Origin: Lama glama
Taxonomy: Eukaryota
DNA: 64,000 nt
Direction: 5' to 3'
NCBI GenBank assembly: GCA_028534125.1
Contig: CM052816.1
Coordinates: 40,736,001-40,800,000 of the forward strand
The notes under the pieces were generated by a model, which did not search any database, had not been told where the DNA came from, and saw only the letters and a program-made list of their open reading frames with translations. Of this stretch, positions 27,791 to 41,165 are shown piece after piece (the first letter of the stretch is position 1; each line of letters begins with the position of its first letter). A program made the position numbers and the translations under genes.

Positions 27791-27849
27791 GCTGTGAGGG
27801 CTCTATGTTGCTCTTCTGTTAACTGAAGTGTACTACTTTGTATATAATA

Positions 27850-28490
27850 AACCTTTTGAAGTAATTAATATACATTCAAAAATTACATGAATTATAAGCA
27901 TAAAACTCAATTTTTACAGAATGAATGCTCGTAATTAATATCCAGCCCTGTAAATGTAAGACTTAGAAAGCCCCTGCTTCCTCTCCTTATCACTGCTTTT
28001 GCCTTCTGTCCCAGGCTGGTTCTACCCTGACTTCTAAAACCAAAGCCAAGTTTTTATACTTTATGTATTATCCTTTAAACATTTTTTTAATCAGCATTAT
28101 GTTTAGTGATTCTTTCAAGCTGTGTCTAGATCAAGATCACTTATTTGCATTGAGCTATAGTATCCTGTTGTAAGTATATAAGTAAGAACATATATTGCCA
28201 ATTATGATCTACAGTTTATGAAATTTTATTTTGTATCCAGTTGAAAGTTATTCCTAATTATGTAGGAGTAGAACTAGTAGGCCACAGGACATTCACATGT
28301 TTATCCTTAGGAGTTACTTCCATAGAAATTTTCAAAATGTTGAACAAATTTAAAGTGCTACCAACAAGTTATGAGAATTCCAATTACTGTAGAGTCTCAC
28401 CCTTATTTGAAGGGGATGGTTGAAAAATCCCAGCTATCTGAGTGGGCATGTAGAGAAACCAAGCCGTGGTTTTAATACAGAATTCTCTAA
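27850..28490 (-). mobile_element. Ancient L1 (L1MD/ME-like) 3' end
   Basis: Degraded antisense 3' UTR ending gtggttttaatacagaattctctaa (cf. gtggttttaatttgcatttccctaa). Confidence 0.55.
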
Positions 28491-29160
28491 CGAAGAACAT
28501 GGTGGGAGGATTCATACTACCTGATTGCAAATTTTATTATAGAGCTACAGTCATCCTGACAATGCTGTACTGTATGACTAAGTATAGCTCAAAAGATCAG
28601 AATACAGAGTCTAATATTAAAACTTCATCTGTGTGGTCAGTTAACTTTCAACAAATACGTAAATGACACACAATGCAGGAAAGATCATGTTCTCAACAAA
28701 TAGTGCTGGAACATTTGGAAATCCATATGCAAACAAATAAACTTCAACTGTTACTTCAAAATATAAATATATTTTAAAAACTCGAAATGGATCATAGACT
28801 TTAATATAAGAACTAAAACTTTAAAATTTTGGAAGGAAAGTTAAGAAAAAACCTTTGTGACCTTCTGCTATGCAAAGATTTCTTAGTTTGCAAAAAGCTC
28901 AAACTTGAAAGTGAAAATATGTGTGCTGAAGTTCATCAAAATTTAAAAGATCTCTTTGGATGACACTGTTAATGAAATGAAATACAAGACACAGAATAAG
29001 AGAGAATATTTGCAAAACACTTATCCAAAGGGCTTTAGTCCAAGATATCTAGAAGTTTCTTGCAATTTAAAAACAAGATGACAACCTAATAAGGGAAATT
29101 GGGCAACATTTTTGATCTAACAATGAACCAGTACTTCACCAAGACGTGGATATCTGATAA
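28491..29160 (+). mobile_element. Ancient L1 ORF2 fragment (sense)
   Basis: Encodes KNMVGGFILPDCKFYYRATVI (cf. [20 protein letters not shown]); ttctcaacaaatagtgctggaac; ends at acttcaccaag. Confidence 0.8.
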
Positions 29161-32100
29161 GAAATTTCCATTGAGTTTCAGCCAGTAATCCTACAAGAAA
29201 CAAATCCATTGCAGTGAATCAATCACCCCATTTCTTTTTTCAGTAATACGTAATTAATTGGTAGTTAGCAAGATCTCCTAGAAAGACCATTTGTCTATAA
29301 ACAAAAAGAAGGTAGCTGAAATTACAGATATAAGCTAAGTATCATAGGGAAATAAATGAATGTATAAAACTTGCTGTTCATGACGTTTTGAACAAACAAA
29401 TATATTAAATAAGAAACTTAACAAATATAGCAAGTAATCAGGATGATAACGAAACAGAAGATTATATTTATATAGTATTAACATTGTAGTGATTGATTGC
29501 TGAGCCCTTGAGTTGTTCATTCATTTCTAAGGAGAGTTGTTCATTTGTCTGGCATAATTTTATCCCTGATATTATTTTCAATAGCTGTTAGTTTTCTAGT
29601 GGCTCTTTAAGAATATCAATTAAGAAGAAATGAAATTACAACATTCAGTAGGCTTTACTCTGATTCACAATTATTTTAATATCAGTAACACTATTCATAG
29701 AGTTACAGCAGATAACTTCTACGTAATTTTCACTTATAAGACGGAATCACTGATCTTATTTTAAAAATGTACTCTGTTCAAGCTGATAATAATTATGGAT
29801 AAAATCCTGGCTGTTTTAGAAAAGCTTAAAGAAAATCATGATTGTGTTATGGTTATGCTGTGGCTTTGCCTATAAAATGATTAAAGGAAGAGCAGTTGAG
29901 AGTTACAGCTACTTTTGTCCCACTGTTCCTGGGACAAAGGTGGGTAACATCACCACTGGAATTAAACGTAATGAGCAAGTCTCAGGCATAAGACAAGTGA
30001 GAAATTCAAGACTGCAACAGATTTATTGGGATTTTTTTTCAAGTCCAATACTAGTTCCCAGAAAGTTTGAATGCAAATCCAGAATTTAAGATCCGATATT
30101 AATTAAATCCTAATGAGCAGAATTTTCCTGTCTTAGTGGCAGGCTAGTAATTCTTGGCTCACTGCTTCTCAGTTTATCAGTAGGCACCCATCTTTATGCT
30201 TAAAACTGCCGCAATGACATCAGTCTCCTCTCAAATTCTAAGGTAATAGAAATGAAATAACAATAACTTCCTCGTGTTACAAATTTTCCTCACTCAAAAC
30301 AATGTTGATGACTTTTAAAAATGTAGTCTGTAATTCGGGGACTTTTACGGGCTGCTTTTATACAAGTGCTATACTACAAAAATCTTATTTATCACCACTT
30401 CAAACAGATCCTCTCTCTCCATTCCCATTCCATAATTTAAACTCCTGGTATGCAGTATGAGTATAACTCAAGAGGGACAGGATAGGGAAATGATCACTCT
30501 TTTGGATGCAGAGATGGTAGACAACTCAACCACTTACCTAAACTGAGAGCCTTAGGATCAATGCCTGTTGGATAGTAGATTTTTATATATAATTCATAGG
30601 TAAACAGCTGTATACTTTATTTGTAAGATGTGCAGAAAGTGAACCCAACAATCAAGCAGAAGAATTCAGTGAAGCTATGGGCCGCCATAGGGGCCTTAAA
30701 TTCAGGAAGGCCAGTGCTCATCAGTGGCAGAGGTTTCTTGATCTGTGAATGGGTTTTCTTTTTCCTAAGGCTCGAGAGAGACTGCGAGTATTCCATGCAA
30801 TCAGTGGTGAATGCTGGTCCTTAAAAGAACACACTAGGTCTGCACTCTATGAAAAATGATCTGAGACAGCTGTTACTGACAACATGAGACAACGTTATTG
30901 AAGAGAATAATATTTTTTAAATGTTTGTTACAAGAAATATTTTTACACGTATCTGCTTTGTATTCTTAAACAAAAGTTCAGTGAAGAAAAAGACATGTTG
31001 GAAAGACATGATGAAATCATATAGATGGATGAAAGGAAGTATGATAATATAGGGAACAATGAAAGGAACCTAAAATTCATGGTAGAGTAAAAATCTTTTT
31101 TGTTGCTGTTAGAAAAAACAGAAAACAAAAACCAATAACAACAACAACAAAAAAAAAACAAAAAACAAAAAATGGATAAACTCTGAAAAGGAAAAAAAGA
31201 TACGGAGAGGGCAAATTCATCATCTCTTTATGAATACATGGAAGGACAAAATAAGAAGTGGAAACTATGAAAATAAGGTAAAGAATTTACATTCAAGATA
31301 CAAGGAATAGGTTTCCCTAAAAGACACAAGAGAAATCGAATTGGAACAAAATGCAATGTTGCATTAGATAAAATCATTCTTAACTTTAAAAAGGTTTGAA
31401 TGTACAAATTGGATTATGATGTTTCACAATTAATTGAAAACCAAAAGGTGAAAATTTTGAGCTTCGGTGTTAAATCGCAAATTCTAAGTTCAAAATATGC
31501 CAAAGGAAATCCTTTTAAATTTCCAGAAAAAGAATTTACTAGAAATATGTTTTCAGAATCTTATCCCCTGCATGCAAACTATAGAAACGGATTTTGTTAT
31601 TTTATTTATATACTTAGAGAAGTGTATAATTGATGATAATAAATTGATAGTAAATTATCGACAATGAATTTATATATCCATTTTAAATAATGGACTAGGA
31701 ATTTATTAGAAGGATATCAGATAAAACCTTGGCTTGATATTTCAGAAAAAGTCTTTGTTTTGGCACTATTTAGTAGCAGGAAGTTTTCCTAGCAAGATTC
31801 TCTTTTTCTAACTCTTATCAAAGTGGAATATATATATATATATTTTTTTTTTAATAGAAAAAGATCTCAATTGAAGGAGAGAAAATATGTTGGAAAGCCT
31901 TTCTACTTAATGGGATTCCTAATATTTTCTCTTTAAATTATCTAAAGTAAAATACGTCTCTAGTGAATGCCTTGTTAAAACAAAACATGCAAACAAAAAA
32001 CTGTTTTTCTTGCTTTTATAAACGTTTTCGATTCCTTAACAAAAGCCAAGTGCTCTGATTATCTTGTTCAATCTTCCAAAAGACTTCTAGATACTTTCGT

Positions 32101-32399
32101 ACTTTTCTGTACTGTAGACATGATCTAATTATGGTTCAAAAGTCAAATATATTATAGTTTTAAAATATGCACATAATATGGGATCCAGTTGATGGGGTTA
32201 AATATTTTGACGTTGAGAATGTTATTTTTTTTCATGACAGCATATGTAGCTATTTCAAAATAATGTCATTTATTTCCCTCATAAGTTAAGGATATAAAAT
32301 TACATGGATGTTATAGTTACTTTTTTTTTTTCAAACTCTGTGTGACAATTGAATAGCATGAACCCAAGGTCAGATACTTTTACTTAAAGTTTATGGTTA

Positions 32400-33910
32400 A
32401 TATTATGGACTTTATGGTTTTGTAAATGGTCAATTTAGTAGCGGTTTTCTGTAAGTTGAAAAAGAATATGTATTCTTGAATTTTTGAGTTCAATATTCTT
32501 TTTATATTCATTAGATCAAGCTTAATTTTGTGTTGTTTAAATGTATATTGTGACTTTTTGAAGAAAGATACGTTAAAATCTCCAATTATTTGGTAGCTTT
32601 GTCAATTAACTTCAAAAAACTGTTAAATTTTACTTTCAATTGAGAAAAATCTAATTACTACCCAAACAAAAGCTCAGAATTTTCACATATGACAGGGTGA
32701 GTGAATATTTTATTATAGTACTGTGACCTTTTTTATTTCTAGTAATGTTCTCAGCCTTAAAGTCAATTTTGCCTTTATCAGTGTAGCTCTGACATTTTGG
32801 TATTTTTTTGTTGAATCATAAGACTCGTAAAGAAAAGTATAGCCAATATTAATGTAGATCTCAATGAGTTACTTCAGAATACACATACTTACCAGATCAA
32901 GAAATCCAACATTGTCAGCACCTCTGAAGTCCACATTTGGCCCCTTCTGATCCTCATTTTGCATTTCTCCCAAGGGCAATTTCTGTACTGAATTCTAAAT
33001 TTACTTTTGCCCGTTTTTAAACTCTGTACCAATGGAATTATACCATATGTATTGTTCTGTGTTAGGATCTTTTCTTACTCATTTTAGCCGTAGTTTGTTT
33101 ATTTCAAGAATTTTATGATATTTTATTTTATGAATATACTGCAGTTTCTTTATCTATTCTACCCATGATGGATATTTTGTTATATCAGTTTTGGAAGTCA
33201 GACAAATAATACTGATATTAACATTATTGTACTTTTGTTATGCCTATGCAGGTTTTTTTGGTTATATATTTACCTAGAAATAGAGTTGTCAGATAAAATA
33301 TGTAATATTCATTTAAATGTAAATATTATATAAGCAACAAAAATACTTTAATATATGTATGCATCAAATATTACATGCATGCACTTATACCAAGAAAGGT
33401 TATTCAGTGTTTATCTAAAATTCACATTTAACCAGGTGTCATATATTTTTGTTTGCTTAATTTGGCAACTCTACATAGAAATAAAAATAAGGTAAAAATT
33501 AAAAAACAAACTTCTTGCTAAGCAAGTAGGTATTCTGCTATGTTATTATCTAGCATTTTTGTTCTTTCACTTTTGCATATATACATATCCTCTTGGATTA
33601 GAATTTTGTTTGTATTGTGAAATTTCATTTGTCAATTTTAGTGTGTTTTTTCCAAACGGCAATCCAATCATACTAGAACAATTTATAGAAAAGATAATTT
33701 TTTTCTCCACTGTGGATCTCCTTGAGTTTCATCAAAATTGACTAAAATAGGTGGGGATTTTAAATGGGTTGACATTAAATCTACAGATCAATTTGGGAAG
33801 AAATGACACCTTTAATATATTCAGTATTAGTGTTGTATGTCTAGATCGTGAACTTATTTTGTTGGATTTATTCCTAACCACTTGATATTTTGTTGCTATT
33901 TAAGTAGTTA
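32400..33910 (-). mobile_element. Cluster of ancient L1M fragments (EN region, 3' UTR, ORF2)
   Basis: gaaaagaatatgtattct, gttaaaatctccaattat and aaatctacagatcaatttgggaagaaatgacac are antisense L1 motifs. Confidence 0.55.
33281..33473. mobile_element. MER53-like hAT MITE (palindromic)
   Basis: TIRs tagagttgtcaga / tttggcaactcta; 193 bp; internal dyad symmetry; 8-bp TSD cctagaaa/catagaaa. Confidence 0.85.
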
Positions 33911-34065
33911 ACAGTTTTGTGAACATTGCCATTTTGTGAACAGTGTAAAACTGTCTACCAATATTTACCTCCTTTTCCAAATACTTTTAACAGTTACAAT
34001 TTTGTGAGCAATTTAGTAAAGTTACTCCCTGTCATTTGACTGTAAGATCTATTAAGAATCATGCA

Positions 34066-34140
34066 TAGTTTATTCATTACTGTATCTGCAGTGTCTAGCT
34101 CAGTATATGGCACATAGTAGGCATCAGTAAATGTTTGCTG
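34066..34140 (+). mobile_element. L2 3' tail
   Basis: actgtatctgcagtgtctagc...ggcacatagtaggcatcagtaaatgtttgctg. Confidence 0.75.
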
Positions 34141-36744
34141 CAGTCTTTCCAGGAAGTACCTTACCCCAGTGATTTGACAGTTGGTCGTCAGTTCCATTTA
34201 CATGGACTATTTGGCTGATAAGCATGCTTTAGAAACACAACTACCAACCTTGACCACATTCATAGTAATTTTCTAATAATTTTTTTTCTAATAATTTCCT
34301 TATGCTGGAAAAACATAAGACTAGTTAATTTGAATGTAGTAGATGAAGAAGAGAAAGTTAGGAAATAATTATCTACATCACTAGATAGGGGAAAATTGGT
34401 AAAATGATCTTTAGATCTCCTTCCCAAATATTTAAAATACAAGGACATTTGGCTTCAGAAAAACTACTTAGGTTTGCTCTGCATTATCAGAATCCACAAT
34501 AAAGGATGGACCCATTTTACAGACTTAGTCAGACCTTTGTGGCATTTAGTTCAGAAATCCAGATTTTTATGAGGGGCAATAATTAGAATACTTGCAAACA
34601 AAAACAGGCTAGGAAACCTCTAAAAACAACTTATTGGAAAGTTTTTTGAATCAAATAAAGGAATGCTCTACCTACTCTCAAATGTCTCCTGAGCTGGTAA
34701 GAGCATTTGTCTTACTCTGTGGTACTCCATGGAGCAACCAGGGACAAAGGATCAGCTGGTGGCTGGACATATGACAAACATTGTAATAATTATATTTGCC
34801 CAAAGATGAAAAGGACTTAGCACTCTATCAAAGATGAATTCTCTTTCTCTGGCCACATCATGTCTGCAATATGTGAGCACCTGTCATCCTTCCAGTTACA
34901 GGTCTTCTCCACTGAAAACACTTGGAAAGGCATATTATTATTATTCAGCGTCCTTTGTGATTGTTCTTTTACTGACTGTTCTTTAAAGGATGGCATTTTT
35001 TTTTTGTAATGTGAAGAAGTTATGCAATCTTTGTATTCTAATACATAAAGAATAATTATATATTTTCTACTATATAACCTATGTATGCATCTTTTTTTAG
35101 AGGGGGTTATGGTTCATGAAAGAAAAATAATCAGCAGTATAATGCGTACATAAATGAAAGAAAATTAGACAAATGAACAAAAAAGATATTTTCTTATTTC
35201 TAAAGAAGATTTAAGAGATTAATTTCTTTCTTTATATTTTTCTTTGAATTTAATGATGATGTGGCCTAAGTTACATTTTGAAGTAATTTTTAATTTTAAA
35301 AATAGGGCAACAAAAATGACTGCTTCTAGTCTTGCCTGCTCCCCTTTCTTTTTTATTTGCAAGCATAAAATCATACATCAGTAGCCTTGTGGGTGAATGC
35401 AGATACAAGTAATGTAATGCACCATTTTAATTTAAATGCAAAATATTTATTGCTCTTACATAGAGTCAATAACATCCATACTGGTGAATAAGTGCCTCTG
35501 ATCCAAATCAATTTTTTAAATTACATAAAAATTTATTATTGCTCATAACTTTATATTTCTCTAGATACTATGTAAATCCTTAAAAACAATTAGCAAATCC
35601 AGAAGCACTTTGTACATTTATGAATTTTTAATGTCCCTTTACATGCCATCTTTCTTCCAAGTTGGAAAAATAATTCCTTTAAATGTTCCCTCCCTCTTCA
35701 AACCTTTTAACTTCGAGCACTAAAGGCAGCTATGTAGAACATAAATAACATATTAATTTTCATGGCTTATGAATCAGACCCCACTATGAATGGATTTTCA
35801 AGTGTTTTAAAGAGCTCTCGATCACATCTGACTCCCCTACTGCCATAGGCTGAGCTTGTGGGAAACAAGCTTTTTAGATGACATGAAGTCCCAGGAGGAA
35901 ATGGCCTGAAATCCTGAGGTTAAGGGGGTTGATCATTAAAGAACATGGGAGGTGATTATATACAGGAAAAGTAGCAGAAAATGGCAGAAAATGGTGGTAA
36001 TGAAACCATTGTTCCATATAGTGAAAAATTGTGCAGATTCTTCAGATTCAAATGTATTTATAGGGAAGTGTCTTCACTAGAGCCCAGCTATTAATTAGAA
36101 AGGCTTTATACCATGATTTACATTTGTTTCAGGGAAGGAAGAAGGGTTGTAAATGCAGATTTTGCATTAGTTAAGGAAAGCGATGAATGCAGTTCCATCA
36201 GATAACCTCTTATTAAGCTTCAATCTTCCTCCTTCTTGAATAGTCAGTGTTGTCATTATTTATTTCTAACAGAAGTCTTTCTTGAATCTCTCAGAGAGGA
36301 CTGTGCTCACCCATTGCTTTGTAATGATAATGAAAAGAATTCTGTGTTTACTTAAGGGGATTTAGACTTGCCGGTGACATTTGATTAATTGCTGAGCTTG
36401 AGAAGCAGGCAAAAATTAGCTTTCATGTCTTGATTTTCATTACTTTTGGCTGAAGAAAGTACATGTGTGAACTAGCAGAGTTGCTACAGGTTCGTAATGG
36501 AAATAAAGGATAAGATGTTTTTGGGTCCCAGATGTTGCCATAAAATGGAGTTTGAATCATATGGTAAAAGAAGCCACAACACTTTTTTCCACTAAGGAAC
36601 TTTATGTGGCACAACTTCTGAGATGGGTGACGGAAAACTACCCAGAGTGGGGAAGATGGGCAAAGAGCCTGACTCTCAACCACAGTGATAATCGGAGAAG
36701 ATAGACGCCTGTCATTTCTTTGATCTCCAGGTTGGGGAGCACCG

Positions 36745-36756
36745 AGTGACGTCACT
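36745..36756. promoter_or_regulatory. Full CRE palindrome (TGACGTCA)
   Basis: agTGACGTCAct is a perfect 12-bp palindrome inside a locally CpG-retaining unique patch; function untested. Confidence 0.4.
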
Positions 36757-36849
36757 GAATCCAAATCAGAATCCTACCGAGAAGGTTCCTTGTCCGAGAC
36801 CTGGCTTGGAGAAGAACACAGCAGGTACCTTTATATTGTTGTTGTCTTT

Positions 36850-37197
36850 TGGTTTTAAATTTGAATTTTGTAGTAATTTTAGATTTACAGAAAAGTTGCA
36901 AAGATGACACAGAGAATCTTTGTGTGCCCTTCAAACAGATTTTGCCAATGTAAAAATTTTACATAATGATGGTATGTTTGTCAAAACTGAGAACCAGATT
37001 TGTGTATTGCTATCAACTAAATTCAGACTTCATTCAAATTTCTTCAGGTTTTTTGCAATAGCACCTTTGTCTGCTCCAGGCTCCATCTAGCATACCACAT
37101 TGTGTTTAATCATCATGTCTCTTTTGTCTCTTCCAATCTGATTGTGCCTAAGGCTTGCTTTGGTTTATTATGACCTTGACAATTTTGAAAAATACTT
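36850..37197 (-). mobile_element. L1MC-like 3' end fragment
   Basis: taattttagatttacagaaaagttgcaaagat...atgaccttgacaattttgaaaaatact. Confidence 0.75.
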
Positions 37198-38119
37198 AAG
37201 AATTTAAAGATTATTGTCTTTATTCATATATTACCAAAAAAACAAAAAACAAAAACAAGCAGAAGAATCATGGTCTGTCCCTACATTTTATCAGATAAAC
37301 TATGGCTAAGAGAATAATTAGAGAAGTCTGGCAGTACTAAAGATGGCGCTAGTGGTTTGCTGGGTACTGTGGATGTCTCTAGGACAAGGAATCTTTCAAA
37401 ACAAGACCTAAACCATGGGTAGCACATATGGTTCCAGTTATCTGAACATAAGATGGAAAATACAGAAGTTGCAAAAAAAAAAAAAAGAAGAAAGACAAGG
37501 CAACTAATGAGGTAAGCAGAATGTTTATATATTTCAGATTGTAAATTATTTAATACTAGAATGTTTTCAGTCTAATTTTGTCACTCTAAATTTAGTATTG
37601 CCCTTCTTTACTTGCTTCCATTCTACATCATATTGAGAGTTTGGCACATTCTGTATCTGTTTTATTTATGAGATACATTTTAAAAAATAGTAGCAATGAA
37701 ATAGAACATGTGTTAGGAAATAGACTTGTTTAGAGAAGAAAACTGAAGATTACATAGCAGTCAAAAGGTAAGTCTTTTAATTCTTTCTTTCTGTATGCAA
37801 AAAACATTCTCATTTTCTTTCAAAAAATGATTTTTATAGGCACCATTTCTTGAAATCAGTCTTATGAAATTGTTGAAACTCTTATGCACGTAACTTTTTA
37901 ATGTAGAATCTTGTATTATTTGTCAAGTACTGATAGACAATGAAAAATGTGTTTTTGATTTATCTGTTTCTTGCATGTTGTTTCCATTCTTTTTTTGGTT
38001 TGGTTTGGTTTTGGTTTGGGTTTTTTGTTTGTTTCCATTCTTTAAGTTGGTTGCCTCAATTTAAATACTGTTATCAATTCTTTTATCTGTTTAGAATTAT
38101 TAATGGAGATGTATGGTAC

Positions 38120-38501
38120 TGTCAAAGACAAAATTCACCAGACAAAATTAAGACAATGATTTTATTCAGGCAATTGCAATAGGGAGAACAGACCATGTCT
38201 GAAGATCACTGTCTCAGCAGAGTGTTTTTGCCTTGGCCATTGTTACAGGAAGGGGTAATCAAGCTGTAGACAGGGCGCTTTACACTTGGTTATTTTGTAA
38301 GGGGTGGGGGCGGATCTCAGTCAGTTATTTGAATAGGAAATCTTTATGTCTAGCTAGTTTCAGGGGGACAAACAGTTCTAATCTTAGTTAATTACCCATG
38401 AGACAAAGAACATGACTTGGCTAGAGGTGAAAGGGGAAGGATCTATGTCTGTCCTTTTCATCCGGGATAGGCAGAGGAAAAGGTCTATTTCCATCTTGTC
38501 A
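38120..38501 (-). mobile_element. ERV1-type solo LTR (MER4-group-like, family uncertain)
   Basis: TG...CA termini; perfect 4-bp TSD gtac at 38116-38119 and 38502-38505; minus-strand AATAAA (tttatt near 38161). Confidence 0.75.
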
Positions 38502-40696
38502 GTACCCATCACACAAAAATACTCAAGTTGCGTTATTTTCTCCATTGAATATTCCATCATTATCCTTGCTGTGCAATAAATACCATGTTTAAGACTGCCT
38601 GGATCTCACATAATCATATTTGCAAATTCTACCTGGAATGTGAAGGCAAGCTAGAGTCACAAATTTATTCACAAATGTGCAAAGCTGGCTAACTGTTCAA
38701 AGAAAAAAAAAAAAAAACCACACCCTTCCTCTTCTACAGAAATGAAGTGCCTCAGTATGAAGTCCATGGTATTTCAGGGTTTGTATGTATGTTAGAATTT
38801 AGTATTGTTCAAAGAAAACAATAACTTCAGTTTTCTGGAGATACAGTAACAGTAGATGTGCCATTTCTGATGTTCAGGACATTTGCTGTCTCTGATACTA
38901 CCATTGTTCTGTGCCTTGTTGATATTTTATTCTCAGGTATTTCTCTCAGAAGTTATATATATCTCAACTTTCATCTCAGCCTGTCATTCTTGACTCCTTA
39001 ATTTTGTCTGTGGAATTTACTGCTAGCATCCTGAAAGGTTTTTAGGTAATAGTTTTTTTTTAAATCATAATTAGTGGAATTAGCCATATTTTATAGTCAT
39101 GTATGTATGATGAGGGATTATGTATGCGGTATTAAGAGCGTATATATAAGTGTTAAAACTACCCATTGTGTGAATCCAAATGGCATTTCTCAACAGGCTA
39201 TTTTGCATTTCAAGAACTGCTTTGGTGCTCCTGCTTTTCATGACTTATCTTAGTACTGAGTGCTGGGAGGGGGATATGCAAGAATAGTGTGCTTTTTACT
39301 TGAGGTATGGGGTGAAAGAAATTCCACCTCTAAACCATCCTTTCTTGGTTATAGAGGATGTATTAGAAAGCACTGGTGGATGTGGGAACCATCTTTTCTA
39401 GAACTTGACAAATGCAAGATCCTATTCTACTTTGGATTCTAGGGACTTCAGCTAAACACAAAGAACAGTTGACCTTAGGTATGTTCTATGGGTGTGAAGT
39501 ATTACTGAAAATTTGAATAAAGAACTAAGAATGACTTTGCTACCATGAAATACTGCATCTGCCTCAGAACTCTAGTAACGTACAAAATATCATTCACTAT
39601 GGAAAAAACTTTTATTCTTAGACATTTTATAAATTTAGAAGAGACAGATTCACTAAAAAGTAAAAGGAGTTAGTCTTCTCCACAAAAATGAAATCCTAGA
39701 TACTATGTGTACTTGGTTTAGAGAATAGTTTATCTTAAACCGATAAGGTGAATAATAACTATCAGAAGAGGTCACTATGCTTATAAAGATATGTGGGACC
39801 TAAATACATTTACAGATGGAACATTATTTGAAAACCTTTATGTGACAGAATTAGTAAGCTAAAAAAATAGTCCGTATCAACTATACATATCATTAGTATA
39901 ATAGGAGAAATATTGGGTGATGTATATTCATTCAGATCACACCCCCTTTCTTGTTTCTACATGGTTCCGTTGCATTGTCATTTGATACAGAGAAGTAGAG
40001 AAAAGTAGATTAATCAGGGAAAAGCAAATTTGTTTTATCTCAAAAGGAGACCATCTGTTTATCAAAGAAAAGAGGATATCTGCACAGTGAAAGGGCAGAA
40101 TTAATTAAAGACAGAATGGAGTTTGGGGTGGACAAGTTAGAGTTTATTTTTTATAAATAAAGCCAAAATTCTCAGTGAAAATGAAAAATAAAGTTAATAC
40201 TTTTTAACTACAATGGTATCTACTCTGACAGCATTAAAATTGAAATGACAGCCAACATGGGAAAGGTTTCCTTTCTTCAGAGTAGTTTAAGAAGCAATTA
40301 TATAGTCCTTTAAATAAAAACAAGAAGCCTGAATTAGATTATACTAGATTCATTAGAAAATAACAAAATCCAGAGAAGAGAGAGATAAATTTAATGAAAC
40401 AGCAGAAAATAATCAGATATAGACCCAGAGAGTAAGGATTTTGTTGACAATAAAGATTAATGGTAAAAAGAAAAATTTAGTCCTTTTAATCAAAAGCCAC
40501 AAAGGGGGAAAGGGAATAAAAACATCTCCCCCCCCCAAAAAAAATAATCACAGTAAGCAAAAAGAAAAAATAAAAAGTAGGGAAAAATTATTTTTTACAT
40601 ATAATTAACTTTATAAATGCTTAAAAGACTCATCCAAGCTTTAAAAATAGACAAATTGTAGAATATAAATCAGTAATTTAGAGTGAAATAACAGAA

Positions 40697-41165
40697 TGTC
40701 GACTGAAATAAAGACATACAACGTGAGAGTTGTGGGTTAAGTTTTATTTGGGACAAAATAAGGACTATAGCCCAGGAGACAGCATCCCAGAAAGCTCTGA
40801 GAAACTGTGCCGAGGAGGCAGGGGGAACTCAGTATTACATGTGATTCAGTGAAGGGGGGTTGTACGTGCAGTCAAGCACACGCTTGGGCAGAGGCTTACT
40901 GCTAGTCGTGAGCAGCCGTTGTCACCGCTGATGAATTTAGTGTTTTTCTAGATGGGAGAAGATGTAAGAATTAGGGTCATAAAATCTTCTCCTGAAAATA
41001 TCTCTATCTGAAGTCCTGTTCAGCCAGTTTTCCCAGAGCACAGAGAGCCTCATTCCTGACCTCCATCCTGAGCTCCTTGTAGGGTGTGTTGGAGGTCACT
41101 GGCTGTAGTGGCTCACAATTTAATCCAAGGGGAGTTAGATGGCAAGTGCCAACTTTTAGTTAGCA
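40697..41165 (-). mobile_element. ERV1 solo LTR, MER41-like (cetartiodactyl type)
   Basis: tgtcgactgaaa...caacgtgagagttg...gttttatttggg...tagca; TSD agaa/agag; homologous to the LTR at 24214. Confidence 0.85.

Noticed and set aside
30950..31620. Possible HAL1 / L1 ORF1 remnant (also ~23460-23830)
   Set aside because: A-rich with only faint resemblance; too diverged to support without a profile search
24214..41165. The two MER41-like LTRs as ends of one provirus
   Set aside because: Each has its own TSD (ctaa; agaa/agag), they are clearly diverged, and no gag/pol lies between them
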